A stretch of 64,000 nt of DNA, from contig CAYSBJ010000002.1 in NCBI GenBank assembly GCA_964429275.1, positions 176,245 to 240,244 of the forward strand. Reading direction: 5' to 3'. The position numbers and the translations under genes are program-made. This document shows, one piece after another, positions 8,278 to 19,300 of this stretch. Source of the DNA: an uncultured Pseudomonadota bacterium. GTDB lineage: Bacteria > Babelota > Babeliae > Babelales > JAUPTZ01. Each line of letters starts with the position of its first letter. Within the stretch, counting starts at the first letter, position 1. The notes below the pieces were generated by a model. It saw only the letters and a list, made by a program, of their open reading frames with translations, searched no databases and was not told the DNA's origin.

Positions 8278-9153
8278 TTACTGACCAATGGCAAAACGAA
8301 CGAATCGAGCAACACGTACTGAGCAGCCGGCGTGTTTGCCGACAGCTTCGAGCATTTGCGCAATCGTTTGCTTGTCATCTTTAATGAACTTTTGGTTGTG
8401 AAGGCAGACTGTTTCGTAGAACTTGTTTAGTTTGCCTGGCAAGATCTTTTCGATGATTTGGGCATTTTTGCCTTCGCCGCGAAGCTGTTCTGCAAAGATT
8501 TCTGATTCTTTTGCGATAACTGCCTGATCTAGTTCTGATGGGTTGACACAGAGTGGCTTGGTAACCGCGATTTGCATCGCCACGTCTTTAGCCGCTTGCA
8601 CGAGCGCCGTGATATCGGCTGGGCGGTTGCCGTCTATTGCAAGTTCGACCAAGATGCCAAGTGTTGAGCCAGCGTGTACGTAACCGTTAATAACGCCGTT
8701 CGTTGTGGTCATTTTTACAAAGCGAGCTACTTTGATACTTTCGGCGATTTTAGCGATCAGGCCATCAAGAACCCCTTGGAGGGTCAAGCTGCCGCCACTT
8801 ATCGTTTCAGTCATCAGGTCAGCGACGTTGTCGGTGTTTGAAGAGAGAATTTGGTTGCAAACTGTTTGGTTGAAGTTGCGCATATCTTCGGTATTGGCCG
8901 AAAAGTCAGTTTCGCAGGCGGTTTCAACGATAGTGCCGCTCTTGAAGTCTGGGGCCACCATGACCTGAATGTTGCCATTGTTGGTAGCGTTTTCTGCACG
9001 CTTTGCGGCAACCGAGGCCCCCTTCTTACGAAGGATTTCGATTGCTTTATCAAAGTCGCCCTCAGCGTCGATGAGTGCCTTTTTGCAGTCCATCATGCTT
9101 ACTTGGGTTGCATCTCGTAGTTTTTTAATCATGTCCACAGAAATAGTAGTCAC
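8278..9153 (-). CDS. tsf: Elongation factor Ts.
   Basis: IKKLRDATQVSMMDCKKAL UBA-like N-terminus. I place the start at the GTG at 9153, preceded by AAAGGAA. The longer tracked ORF to 9333 has no EF-Ts-like sequence. Confidence 0.9.
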   Translation of the reverse strand: MTTISVDMIKKLRDATQVSMMDCKKALIDAEGDFDKAIEILRKKGASVAAKRAENATNNGNIQVMVAPDFKSGTIVETACETDFSANTEDMRNFNQTVCNQILSSNTDNVADLMTETISGGSLTLQGVLDGLIAKIAESIKVARFVKMTTTNGVINGYVHAGSTLGILVELAIDGNRPADITALVQAAKDVAMQIAVTKPLCVNPSELDQAVIAKESEIFAEQLRGEGKNAQIIEKILPGKLNKFYETVCLHNQKFIKDDKQTIAQMLEAVGKHAGCSVRVARFVRFAIGQ

Positions 9154-9366
9154 GACGTTCCTTTCATTGAATTTGCCGTCCAGCACCGGGTTTTCCACGG
9201 TCAGCGGGCGGTTTATAGGTTGCCGATCTTGTTTAATCGTATACACTGCTCTTTGACAAACAATCGCTGAAAAAGTAGGCTTAGCGTCACGATCATGATT
9301 AGAGAAGTATAAGGAAATCAAAATAAATAACAAGTTTCACCATGATCAGTAGCACAAGGAGCACGT

Positions 9367-9633
9367 ATGCCAGTACCAAAAATGAAGGTTTCTCGTTCCC
9401 GTCGGAATAAGAGATCTGCCAACAAATTCATCAAATTAAATCCAATTTCAGAGTGTCAAACCTGCAGAGCGCCTCTTGCTTCGCACCAAGTTTGCCAAGG
9501 TTGTGGCTACTACAAGGGTTCAAAGATCCTTAGAACTAAGTATGAGCGTCTTCATGATCGCGGTACTGCCCGATCTGCTCAGTATGCCGCTGCATCAGAA
9601 AATGCAATGCGCGCAAACGAATCTGCTGAATAA
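9367..9633 (+). CDS. rpmF: Ribosomal protein L32 with a C-terminal extension.
   Basis: MPVPKMKVSRSRRNKR N-terminus and CxxC...CxxC zinc-ribbon cysteines. Confidence 0.9.
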   Translation: MPVPKMKVSRSRRNKRSANKFIKLNPISECQTCRAPLASHQVCQGCGYYKGSKILRTKYERLHDRGTARSAQYAAASENAMRANESAE

Positions 9634-9657
9634 TTCTTAAGTTCACGTACGTGTTGG

Positions 9658-10659
9658 GTGAGTGGTATGAGCAAAAAAGCCCATTATGTGGCCGTTGACG
9701 GCATGGGGGGCGACTTTGCGCCGCACGCGGTGATTGAAGGGGTCCTAGAAGCAGCAAAGGCCGGTGTGCCGATTATGCTTTTTGGGCCCGAAAACAAGCT
9801 TGTCCGCTATTTGAGTGAGCAATACCCGGAATGGGAATCGCTTGGCATTAAGGTGGTACAGGCGGGTGAAATCATTGGCATGGCCGAAGAGCCGGTGTTT
9901 GCTGTGCGCAAAAAGCCGGATTCCTCCTTGGTAAAAGCGGTTCAGTCCATTGCCGATGGGAAGACTCATGCGGTGTTTTCTGCTGGTAATTCTGGCGCAT
10001 TGATGGCCGCTGCCTTGTTCATACTCGGCCGACAGGAAGGGATTGATCGGCCTGCGATTGCTGGGTTGCTGCCGACTCTTAAGGGGTCGGTTATCGCTCT
10101 TGATTTGGGAGCAAATGTCGATTGTCGACCGCATTACTTGCAGCAATTTGCAGAAATGGGTTCGCTCTACGCTGAAAAGTTACTTGCTATTTCTGAGCCG
10201 CGCATTGGTTTGTTGTCAAACGGAGCAGAGCGAGGCAAAGGAACTGTGCTCGTTAAGCAGGCGGCCGCCTTGCTTGAAGAATCAAGCCTTAACTTTATTG
10301 GAAACGTTGAGCCAATCGATGTGATTAATCACTGCGCTGATGTGGTGGTCTGTGATGGTTTTGCTGGCAATGTCATGCTCAAGACTATGGAGGCTACGGC
10401 TTCTATGATTCGCCATTCGCTGGCCCAAGAACTTTCAAACGGTGGTCTCCTGCGCGATACGCAAGATGGCGATAAAGTACGGGCCAAGCTTGAAGAAGCT
10501 CTTGTTTCGCTTGATAATCGCTTTGGCGAAGCTGCCCAATCAGGGGCTCGGTTGTTGGGGGTTAACGGCATCGTTGTTGTAGGCCATGGTGCATCGCATG
10601 CGGTGTCGATTAGTCGTTCCATTCGCAAGGCGTACAACATAATTTTAGCGGAAAAGTAG
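9658..10659 (+). CDS. plsX: Phosphate acyltransferase PlsX. The start may instead be the ATG at 9667.
   Basis: VAVDGMGGDFAP motif and the conserved position directly after rpmF. Confidence 0.9.
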   Translation: MSGMSKKAHYVAVDGMGGDFAPHAVIEGVLEAAKAGVPIMLFGPENKLVRYLSEQYPEWESLGIKVVQAGEIIGMAEEPVFAVRKKPDSSLVKAVQSIADGKTHAVFSAGNSGALMAAALFILGRQEGIDRPAIAGLLPTLKGSVIALDLGANVDCRPHYLQQFAEMGSLYAEKLLAISEPRIGLLSNGAERGKGTVLVKQAAALLEESSLNFIGNVEPIDVINHCADVVVCDGFAGNVMLKTMEATASMIRHSLAQELSNGGLLRDTQDGDKVRAKLEEALVSLDNRFGEAAQSGARLLGVNGIVVVGHGASHAVSISRSIRKAYNIILAEK

Positions 10660-10758
10660 ATAAGAGGTTGCGGGTATGGTAGTATCCGCCCCTCATTGGC
10701 TTGCCGGAGCCTCGCGCTCGGCTTTTGCACAGATTATTTATGGTGGGAGTACTAGAGC

Positions 10759-11484
10759 ATGGAATATTCTAAAACAGTGGTAGAACGGTTGTTTGACCGT
10801 GCAATGAACTACCGAAAAGAGTTATTGCTCTCAGCGACGTTGGTCGTGGTGAGTGGCGCCAGTATCACTGGCTATTTTTTTTACAAAGATTTCGTTTCAA
10901 AGCAAGGCCATAAGGCATATGCTGGTGCGATGCAATTATTGCAAGCACGGGTGCTGAAAGAAAACGAGGCAAAAGGACCATTTGAGCTTGCTTTTACCAG
11001 CAAAAAGGAGAAATGGCAGGCGGTTGCTGAAGCTTTTAGTAAAGTTTATGCGCAATACAGTCATGTTGGTATTGGTGCTATGGCCGGTGCCGCACAAGCG
11101 CAAGCGTTGCTCCATTTAGGTGATGAAGCGCAAGCGCGTACGGTACTTGCTGATGTTCTTACTCATATTAATGAGCCGAATATTCTTGCACTCTATACGT
11201 TGACTTACGCCCGATTGCTTATTGATAGCCCAGTAGAAGGGGACAAGGAGCGAGGGATGAGCTTGCTTACTCAGTTAGCAGCTACTAAAGAAAATGCAGT
11301 CCATGACAGCGCCCTATATTACTTGGGTCTTGAGTACTGGTTGAGCGATGATATGGCTTCAGCAGCAAACTATTGGAAGCAGTTGATTGCGCAGTATGAT
11401 AGTGCTGATCGTAAGAGTTCTCCATGGGTGAGCAAGGTAAAAGAAAAATTGGCACTCATTGACGGTGTTTCTGAATCGTTCTAG
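10759..11484 (+). CDS. Single-pass membrane protein with a TPR-like helical domain (YfgM-like architecture).
   Basis: Short cytoplasmic N-terminus, TM segment LLLSATLVVVSGASITGYFFY, then an alanine- and leucine-rich helical repeat region. Confidence 0.45.
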   Translation: MEYSKTVVERLFDRAMNYRKELLLSATLVVVSGASITGYFFYKDFVSKQGHKAYAGAMQLLQARVLKENEAKGPFELAFTSKKEKWQAVAEAFSKVYAQYSHVGIGAMAGAAQAQALLHLGDEAQARTVLADVLTHINEPNILALYTLTYARLLIDSPVEGDKERGMSLLTQLAATKENAVHDSALYYLGLEYWLSDDMASAANYWKQLIAQYDSADRKSSPWVSKVKEKLALIDGVSESF

Positions 11485-11504
11485 GCAGGAAGTGGCGCAC
11501 GCAT

Positions 11505-11753
11505 ATGGTATTTAGAAAAGAAGATACGGCTGCAAAAGTGATTGCCATTATCGAAGAAAAACTGGCTAAATCACCCGGCACGGTGACGTTGGATGATTCT
11601 TTTGAGAAGCTTGGGGCAGATTCCTTGGACTTGGTTGAACTCATTATGAGCTTTGAAGAGACTTTTGGTATCGAAATCAAAGATGAGCATTCAGATAGAA
11701 TAAAGACGGTGGGTAATGTCGTGGATTATGTTCACGCAATGCGCACAAAGTAA
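11505..11753 (+). CDS. acpP: Acyl carrier protein.
   Basis: LGADSLDLVELIMSFEETFGIEI contains the DSL phosphopantetheine attachment site. The protein is 82 aa. Confidence 0.9.
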   Translation: MVFRKEDTAAKVIAIIEEKLAKSPGTVTLDDSFEKLGADSLDLVELIMSFEETFGIEIKDEHSDRIKTVGNVVDYVHAMRTK

Positions 11754-11759
11754 GAAGCA

Positions 11760-11791
11760 AAAAGGGCACGTATAATTACGTGCCCTTTTTT
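11760..11791. terminator. Bidirectional intrinsic terminator.
   Basis: An A-run, then GGGCACGTA-TAAT-TACGTGCCC (perfect 9-bp stem), then T6. Confidence 0.7.
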
Positions 11792-11866
11792 AGCGAATGT
11801 GCCCTTATATGTATTCAAGAGATTTTTTCCCATCTAGTCTACTTTTGTGCTATCGTCACCCGCAAC

Positions 11867-13297
11867 CTAGAACGAGGCCATAACTTTAAACCAGCCGCCC
11901 ATGAGTGAGGCAGTTGCTTTGTTAAAGCCGGCAGTAAAGCTGAGGCCACCCCCAAAAGCGACGGGGAAACCATAAAATTCTATGTTATAACCGGCACCAA
12001 AAAGGCCACGGCCGCCAATTTGGGCAGGGCTTGTGGCCGCTGAAGTATTGAGCATATCGGTAGTCAAAAGTCGGTGATTCAGTAGGATTGTTTCGTGCAA
12101 ATAAGTGCCAGTGCTTGCGGTGTTGGTAAAAGCAGTGCTGGTGTCATATAGTGGTGACACGATAGCGTACGTGCCTTCTGGCCAGTTCAAGATAGTAAGA
12201 CGTTCTTCTTGGCGAGCAAAGAGCTCGTATCCTAGGTTAAAAGTAAAACTTTGCCAGGTGAGGGCGAGCATGCAAGAAACATCGGCAGCGTGTAGTGCAG
12301 AACGATTGACCGGTTGATAGAGAACGTTTGGAAGAGGGAAGACTCCGGCCACGTTGACTTGAGCGCCAAGTAAGTAGGGCGAGCCATAGGGAAGGCTGCC
12401 ATCGTCATCAATCAAGCCCAGGAGTCGATTTTCTGAGCCACCAAATATGTACTGGTAGTTAAATTGAGTGATGAGCTCGGTGGTTAGCCCTTCATACTGG
12501 CCGATGGTTGCTCCTGCTTCAATACCAGCAATAAATTTGTGGTGGTCGTATGCTGTGCTATGATAGTCGAATAAGTAAGTTTGTACTGGCTTTTTTTTAA
12601 GTGTGATGCCGGCGCCACTGTATACTGTGAGGTAGTTGCTTTCGTTTTCTAATGCACTATAGCGTAGAGAAACATTCAGCGGTCCACAGACTGTGTGGCG
12701 ATGTTTGCCAAATAACCCGTAGGCAAGAGGTGCCTGGATCGGGGTAATTTGTGAAAAAGCTCCAGAGAAGTACTCATCCATTATTTTAGTGCCGCCGGCT
12801 TGGGTTAGCGTCGCAGTGGTATAGTACAGTGGCATTTGGAACGAGAGTGCTATGCCGGGAAAGGAGTTTTTTGCGTCAAAGAACGCGCTGAATGTTGCAC
12901 CGATATTAGTAAAATCCGGGGTCAGGGTGAGTGTGGCGCTGCTCTCAGTCGCGCTGAGTGATGGATTGTGTACGATGGCGCTGTAGGGTAGCACGCTGGT
13001 GCTTTCCTGATTAAAGCGGTCGCTTGCTATTTGAATTGTCTCTGAATCCTTGAGTGTGAGGTGCCGAGCAATAGCCTCAGTATTAATCGCTTTATTTACA
13101 AAGGGCACGACTTGCACGCTCAGACCAATGGGGTTCCCAATGTCGGTAGTGGTGTGTGTGTGCCAGAGCGCCGTTTCTTGACAGCGTTGGGCATCAAGGT
13201 GCGGTAGTGAGAAATAGGTTTTTCCTCCATATTCAAGTACGGCATGACTGCTTGCAACAGAAGAAAAAAGGAAGGCGATAAGTAAGCGTGTGTTCAC
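11867..13297 (-). CDS. Beta-barrel outer-membrane protein, a divergent member of the local paralog family.
   Basis: Signal peptide. Family blocks DEYFSGAF, PLPNVL and FNLGYELFARQEERLTI. C-terminal aromatic residue in ...WFKVMASF. GTG start with an AGGAG site 17 nt after the stop of the giant gene. Confidence 0.7.
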   Translation of the reverse strand: MNTRLLIAFLFSSVASSHAVLEYGGKTYFSLPHLDAQRCQETALWHTHTTTDIGNPIGLSVQVVPFVNKAINTEAIARHLTLKDSETIQIASDRFNQESTSVLPYSAIVHNPSLSATESSATLTLTPDFTNIGATFSAFFDAKNSFPGIALSFQMPLYYTTATLTQAGGTKIMDEYFSGAFSQITPIQAPLAYGLFGKHRHTVCGPLNVSLRYSALENESNYLTVYSGAGITLKKKPVQTYLFDYHSTAYDHHKFIAGIEAGATIGQYEGLTTELITQFNYQYIFGGSENRLLGLIDDDGSLPYGSPYLLGAQVNVAGVFPLPNVLYQPVNRSALHAADVSCMLALTWQSFTFNLGYELFARQEERLTILNWPEGTYAIVSPLYDTSTAFTNTASTGTYLHETILLNHRLLTTDMLNTSAATSPAQIGGRGLFGAGYNIEFYGFPVAFGGGLSFTAGFNKATASLMGGWFKVMASF

Positions 13298-13314
13298 TAA
13301 AAATCTCCTGGTTA

Positions 13315-16300
13315 TTATGCGGCAGGTGCCGCTGCATGAGGAACGATGGCCGGCGCCAGCGGCTTGCTCGTGCTGGTGGTATTGCTCATTGCTGTTGGTG
13401 TAGTTTGTGCCATTATTTTGTCGCGACTAAATGTTGGAACCGCTGGAACGCTCACGGTGCTTACCACAGAATTCATCTTTGCTTTGAGCTCAAGTGTTGC
13501 AGCTTTTACATTTTTTTGTCGTGTCAGTGAGTCGAGTAATGATGCTGCTTTACTTTGAATAGTGGCGTCATCAATGATCCCCAATTTCTTTGGATGATTC
13601 TTTATGTAAGCATATAACAGCAGGGCTTTTGCAAGCCCATCTGTTGGAATGTCTATGGCTAATGTTTCTGGAAGTAGCCCCTCTGCTGAAAAAACAGCAG
13701 TACGGAACTCTACATCTTTTTTGCGACGATTTCTATTGCGATCCAATATGCCAAGCGTGTGTTCTTTTAAGATACTTAATGCTCGTGTGCAGTAGGTGCC
13801 AATCTTGGCCGGGGATTGTAGGTCTTTGCTATTCTCGGTCAGATATTTCGTGTCTCGATCTGCCTTTTGTAAGTATTTCAAGATGGCTGTCGCACGCATT
13901 TGCGCATTCTCATTATCGCTAATGCCAAGATTAGTTGGATTGTCGACTATGTATTGATAGAGCTGAATAGCTGATTGAAGCTGCGTTGCTTCCATACCAG
14001 AAACGATGCTTTCTGGTTTGTTTTTTATATCTGGCAGCAATCCTTCTGTTGAGAATATTGCGCTATGTAGATCACCTGGCTCTTTTATTTTTGTTCGGTC
14101 GGTAGTGTTTAAGGCGTTTATGATTTCCGGTGTGAAGGTATTCCATATTTTTTCACTTAAGGCAATCGCTTTATTTGTGCCGGATAAAATGCTGCGCGCT
14201 TTAGCGCAGAAATCTCCTATGAGGGAAGCATCTGCAAGATATTGGGGGGCAGTTTTGAAAAATTTAATATAGCGTGCAATACGAGCTTCATCATCGACAA
14301 CTCCTGACGGATCTTGGTCGCCGTCAATGCTATCAGTAGACTGTGCTTTAAGGGCTTTGAGAATTTGCGCAATTTTATTTTGTATGTGAAGACTGTTGCT
14401 AATTCCTATATTGCCCCAGTTGCTCTTATCATTTAGCCATGAGTAGAGCGTAATTGCTTTCTTCAAATTTTCTGAATCGATATTTTGGGCTATTTTATCA
14501 GCGGGTGGGAGAAGGCCTTTCGCTGAAAATATAACTGTATGGAGAGGACCAGGTCCTTTTATTTTTGTTCGATCAGTAGTTGTGATATTGTCGATGACTG
14601 CGGGTATAATAGTATTCCAAATCTTCTGCCTGATTGCTTTTAATTTAGTAGTATTTCCTAAAAGTTCCAAAGCTTTTTCACAAAAAAGGCCTATTTTATC
14701 TGGCTTGCTCAACCAGTAAGCGCCGGCGTTGAAAAATTTCATGTAACCCTTGACGCGCGCATTTTCGTCAGTGATGTTTTCGCTTTTGTCGTCATAATCG
14801 ATGTTCATATTTTCAAGTTCTTCTTCGGTTGGCTCATCTTCTTCATTATCTTCATCATCACTCTCTTCAGAGTTTTTCTTTTTACCTTTCTTTTTCTTTT
14901 TTTTTACATCATTTTCAGAGGTGCCTGCTTTGCCAGTTGCCTGTGCAATTTTAAGATCGGTAAGTTCTGCTTGCATTACTGCCATTTGGGCCGCATTTTG
15001 CGCAATGTTCGCAACATCTTGCCCGCCCCCCATTATACCGGGCATCATACCCATTCCCATACCAGGCATCATTGACATACCAGGCATCATTCCCATGCCC
15101 ATACCAGGCATCATAAATGGTGATACCATGGGCATTCCCATGGCGTTATTAGTTGCATTTTGAGCTCCCTTGCCTGTGTTTCCATTGAGCATAGATGCCG
15201 TTACCATACTTCCGGCCATTGGAAGCATCATGCCATTTACATTTATCATGCTAGCCGCGGGATCTACATCGCCGTCATACACTTCATCTTGAGCACGAGT
15301 AAGCTGTTTAGATGGGTCGCTTGTGAACAGGTCAACGATAATTTTTATCCGCGCTTGTGACTGCGAGTCCATGCTATATTTTCGTGCGTTCTCAGAGAGG
15401 TTTTTGTAATACTCAAGCATCTGCTCCTTTTGAGCTTTCCATTGTGGCTTATGTATATCACTTGGCAAGCGATTGATGCCGAGTACGGTGTTGCGGAACG
15501 CGTTTATCAGAGGGGTTTTGTCCATTATTCGTCTTAATTCGAGGAATCTTTTGAGCGCTCCCTTTTTTAAAAGAGACTCGTTTTGATCAAGTCTTTTGCA
15601 CATGCCGTCGAGAATTGTTATTGCAGCGTAAAAATTGGCCGTAGAGTCAGAATGAGTTTTCTTATAACCTTCCTTGTAAATGTAGTTATATATTGAAATT
15701 TGTTTGGTTGTCCATCCGTTGTCGCGCAGCGAAGCTTCGGTTATTTGCGGGCCGATATCTTTGACCGGATCATCATTCCCTATCATTATTTGTAAATCAA
15801 TTGGTATGTATCCTTGTGTTTTTTTAGTAGTAGGGTCCGGGGTGATGAAAACGTATGACTCAACGTCTTCATAATTTACTGAGGGGTCGTCTGACATTTC
15901 TTTGAGTTTATTGAGGACTTCAAGGATATCATTTACTCCTTTGAGGAATGGATCTACCGCCGCTGTTTTTGAAGTGACACCGAACTCGTTGGCGTTATCT
16001 TTGAGCATGTTGTAAAGGTTGAGCGCTTGATCTAGTCCATCTGGTGGGATGTAGCTAAATTTGAATTGAGTCGTAGTGTCGGGGAATAATCCCTGCGCGG
16101 AGAAGAGAAAATTGCGCACTTCTGGGTTTGCGTTAACTGCGGCCCGCTCTTTTTTTGTGTCTACCTGTTTTGCGACGGAGGCGCAGAAGTTTCCAATTTT
16201 TTTCTTATTCAAAAGATCGGCAGCGTATTGTTGTACGTAGGTCATGAGTTGTTTGGCGGCTGCAGCATCGCTACCATCAATGGTTGCAGAAGTTTTAAGT

Positions 16301-19300
16301 GCGTTTGTAGTTTCTTCAACTTGTGCTTTTGCTTCCGCTTGTGTTGGTGCGGCTTGCCCATCGGCAGACGGCTTAGCAGTTGTTGTCTGCGCATTGAGCG
16401 CTTGGAAAAATGCATGCCCTTTAGCAATAAGATTTTTTACGAGATCATCTTTCTTGTATCCTAAATCATCATCATTTTTTTTCATGCATTCAAACAGAGA
16501 TAGCCCTGCTTGAATAGTTATTCCATCAAATTGTGTTTGGTCTGGTTTGCTAATATCAACACCATCCGGCAGACAAAATATACCGGCGGGTGAAAAGAAA
16601 GTATTGTAGAGTTCTTTGTGGTCACCAATAAGTTTTCGATTGTCCTGCTCTTTAAGTTGAGCGTAAATACTCATTGCGCCTTGATCATAGGTCTTGAGTC
16701 CTTTGAGATTTAAAAAGCTTGCTGCTAGTATGGTATTGAGATTTTTTGCTTTTTCTGGCAGAGCCTCTGCGGCTGCTTTAATGTCTCGGTTCAGTTTATT
16801 AGTAAGATCATTAATTTGTGTGCGAATTTCTTCAAAGTCTGGTCGTTCTGCGTAGTTCAAATCTTTTGGATTGTTTCTTATTACTTCTAAAAGGCTTTGG
16901 GTCGCTTTGCGTGCCTCACTGTCAAGGCCAGTCGGTATGGTTTTTATAAAAAAGCCATCTTCATTAAAAAAGAGAGCATTTGCTTCCCAATTAAACCCAA
17001 TAAAGGTCCGAGACTGGTTGTCATCGAGCATCTTTGTTACTTGTATGGCATCAGTTGTGAAAGCATCAACAAGTGTTTGTTGATCTGTTCCCGAGAGTGT
17101 ATCGATCTTTTGTGTCGCTGCGGTAATAGCAGTAGTGTTCTCTTTGAGTGTTCTCAAAAGTGCAAGCTCAGACTCATTAGTACCTATTTGTTTAAATAAA
17201 TCACGTAATGCGGTCAAAGGTTGAATCAGTGTGGTGTTGCCATTTTCAATGGCAAGCAATTTATCTATAGCTCGGTATCCATCCTGACTTATGCTATAGC
17301 GCATTTTTTCATCTGAAATGGCGCGAGCATTTGTAAAGAAGTCGCGTGGTATATTGAGAAAAGCAGGAATATAGAGAGCGCTTCGCACAATGGCACTATT
17401 TTGTATTGTTTGTGCGATGTTAGGGCGATCGTCTTGATTGAGAACGACAGAGAAAGCGCTTAATTGTTTTGCGAGATTTGCAAGGGTCTTATCAGAAGTA
17501 AAAAGGTCTGTTTTGAGAGTGAAATCGGCGGCGGTGCTTGGTTGGTACAAGGCAAAAAGAAGCAGGTAAAAGGGAGTAAGGATTTCTTGTTCGATCAAGG
17601 TTTGTTTGGTTGTTGCAAACCGTACTTTTGTGGTTGCTTCAATTTGCGTGCGGATGCCTTTTTGCAGGATGAAGAAAAGGTTGGTGGCCATTACGTCTGC
17701 AGGCTTAAGTGTTTTCTGGATTGAAACTGGTATTGTTTCCGGTTCGATAGCCGTTTCTTGTGACAAAAGACAGGTGTACATCTTTGCATTGCCGACAATA
17801 AGATCTCTATTCCCTGATAACACTTTGTTAAACGCTCCAATGACAATGCTATAAGCTTCGATGGGCGACATATTACTTGAAAAGAGAGTGCTATTACTTG
17901 CCAAAACGTCAGAAAAAGAAACTTTTTTACCATCGTCGGTAACTGGCGCTGCAGACAAGGCGAAGGTGATATTGTTCTTTGCAGCGATTTCAAGGACAAT
18001 CGCTTTAATAAAGTTGTTGTATTGCGCAATTTGGTTGTAAACCGCTTGCTCCGTTGCTGAGCCAATAGCTAGGTCGTTTGTCTGCTTAGTTAAGCTTTCA
18101 ATTGTGTTAGTGCCATATGACTTTTTAATGCCAAAAGTGACAGAGTTTGCGTTGAGAGTAGTGAGCAGGGTGGCCATAACATTAATGAAAGTATCGCGAT
18201 CGTGATTTGATAGTGTGTTATGTGTTAGTTGTGCTTTTATGCCATCAAAAAACTCGGAAGGAAGCCAAAGGATAGGAAGAAAATAGCTTTCTGTCGTACT
18301 GCTAAGGAGATTTGAAGTCGGCGTGCTGAGCGCCTGCGTTAAGAGTACGTTCATGCGCATGAGGTAGGCGCTTAGAAGTTGTATGTTGCCCGGTTGAGCG
18401 AAAAATTTGGGGTTAAAAATCTTTTTTTCTGTTGTTGAGAGGTCGGTTGGCTGAGCGTATAGGGCTTCGGCAAGCTCGCGCGCCATCTCATGAAGTTCGT
18501 CAGCCGCAGGCTCTTTGCCTGCGACAAAAGATAGTATTTCATCGCTTCTTTTTTTGATGCGGTCAGCTACAACTTGCTCGGCACTTTTTTGTGCAATATT
18601 TTGTGCTGTGGTTGCAAATTCTTTAAGGAGGGTTTGGCCTTCCGGAGAGAGCATGCTAGAAATGGCAGGGAGATCTAGCTTATCAAGTGCTTTTTGTAAG
18701 TCGAGTACTGCGGCTTGGTTTTGGTCAAAAATCCCTGCTTTGTCAGCTTTCTGAAGGCTTTTTACAAGCGAAGTAAAGTGAGTAGCCGTACCAGAAGCGG
18801 TGTTGGGAACTTCGTAGGGGTTCATGCGTTCGCTTGCGCTGCTTGCTTTCTGGAATTCCGTGCGTGCCTCTTGGCCTGCGAGAGAAAGAGCTATGTCATG
18901 GTAGTTAGCGTAGCGGTCGCGGGCGTTGACATACTGATTTTTGAGGGTGGGGTTCTCTTCTATTTTAAGCGGGGTCCACGCACTGCGAGTGAGGGTGAAG
19001 TAAAATTTTTTGCCTTCATCTTCTGCTTTGTTAAATTGCTCGCTGGTTAGGGCTTGTTGGAGTTGTTCTCTGCTTGGTGCGGCGTATGCTACTGCCAGGA
19101 ATGCAGCTTGTAGCTCGGGATTGGCGGCAATGTCGTCGGAGCGGTTCTTATGGGTGAAGCCGGTCGAGATAAACTTGGTCATTTCTTCAAAAGCATTTGC
19201 GCAGGTGGTCGGAGTGCTTATGGCCGGGAGGAGTAATTTGAGTGAGCTAAAAATGTTTGCTTGAACGTCATTTAGTCCGTTGATGCTGGTGGGCATTGGT

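Noticed and set aside
9154-9333. The 60-codon N-terminal extension of the tsf ORF (MLFILISLYFSNHDRD...).
   Set aside because: It bears no resemblance to EF-Ts. A GTG with a good AAAGGAA site sits exactly where the conserved EF-Ts N-terminus begins.
13346-19264. Many plus-strand ORFs of 60-124 aa inside the giant gene. Long antisense ORFs elsewhere include 2994..3554, 5003..5578, 21886..22428, 57690..58283 and 36805..37158.
   Set aside because: These are shadow ORFs antisense to, or out of frame with, strongly supported long genes. They have no independent start signals, and several merely mirror low-complexity repeats.
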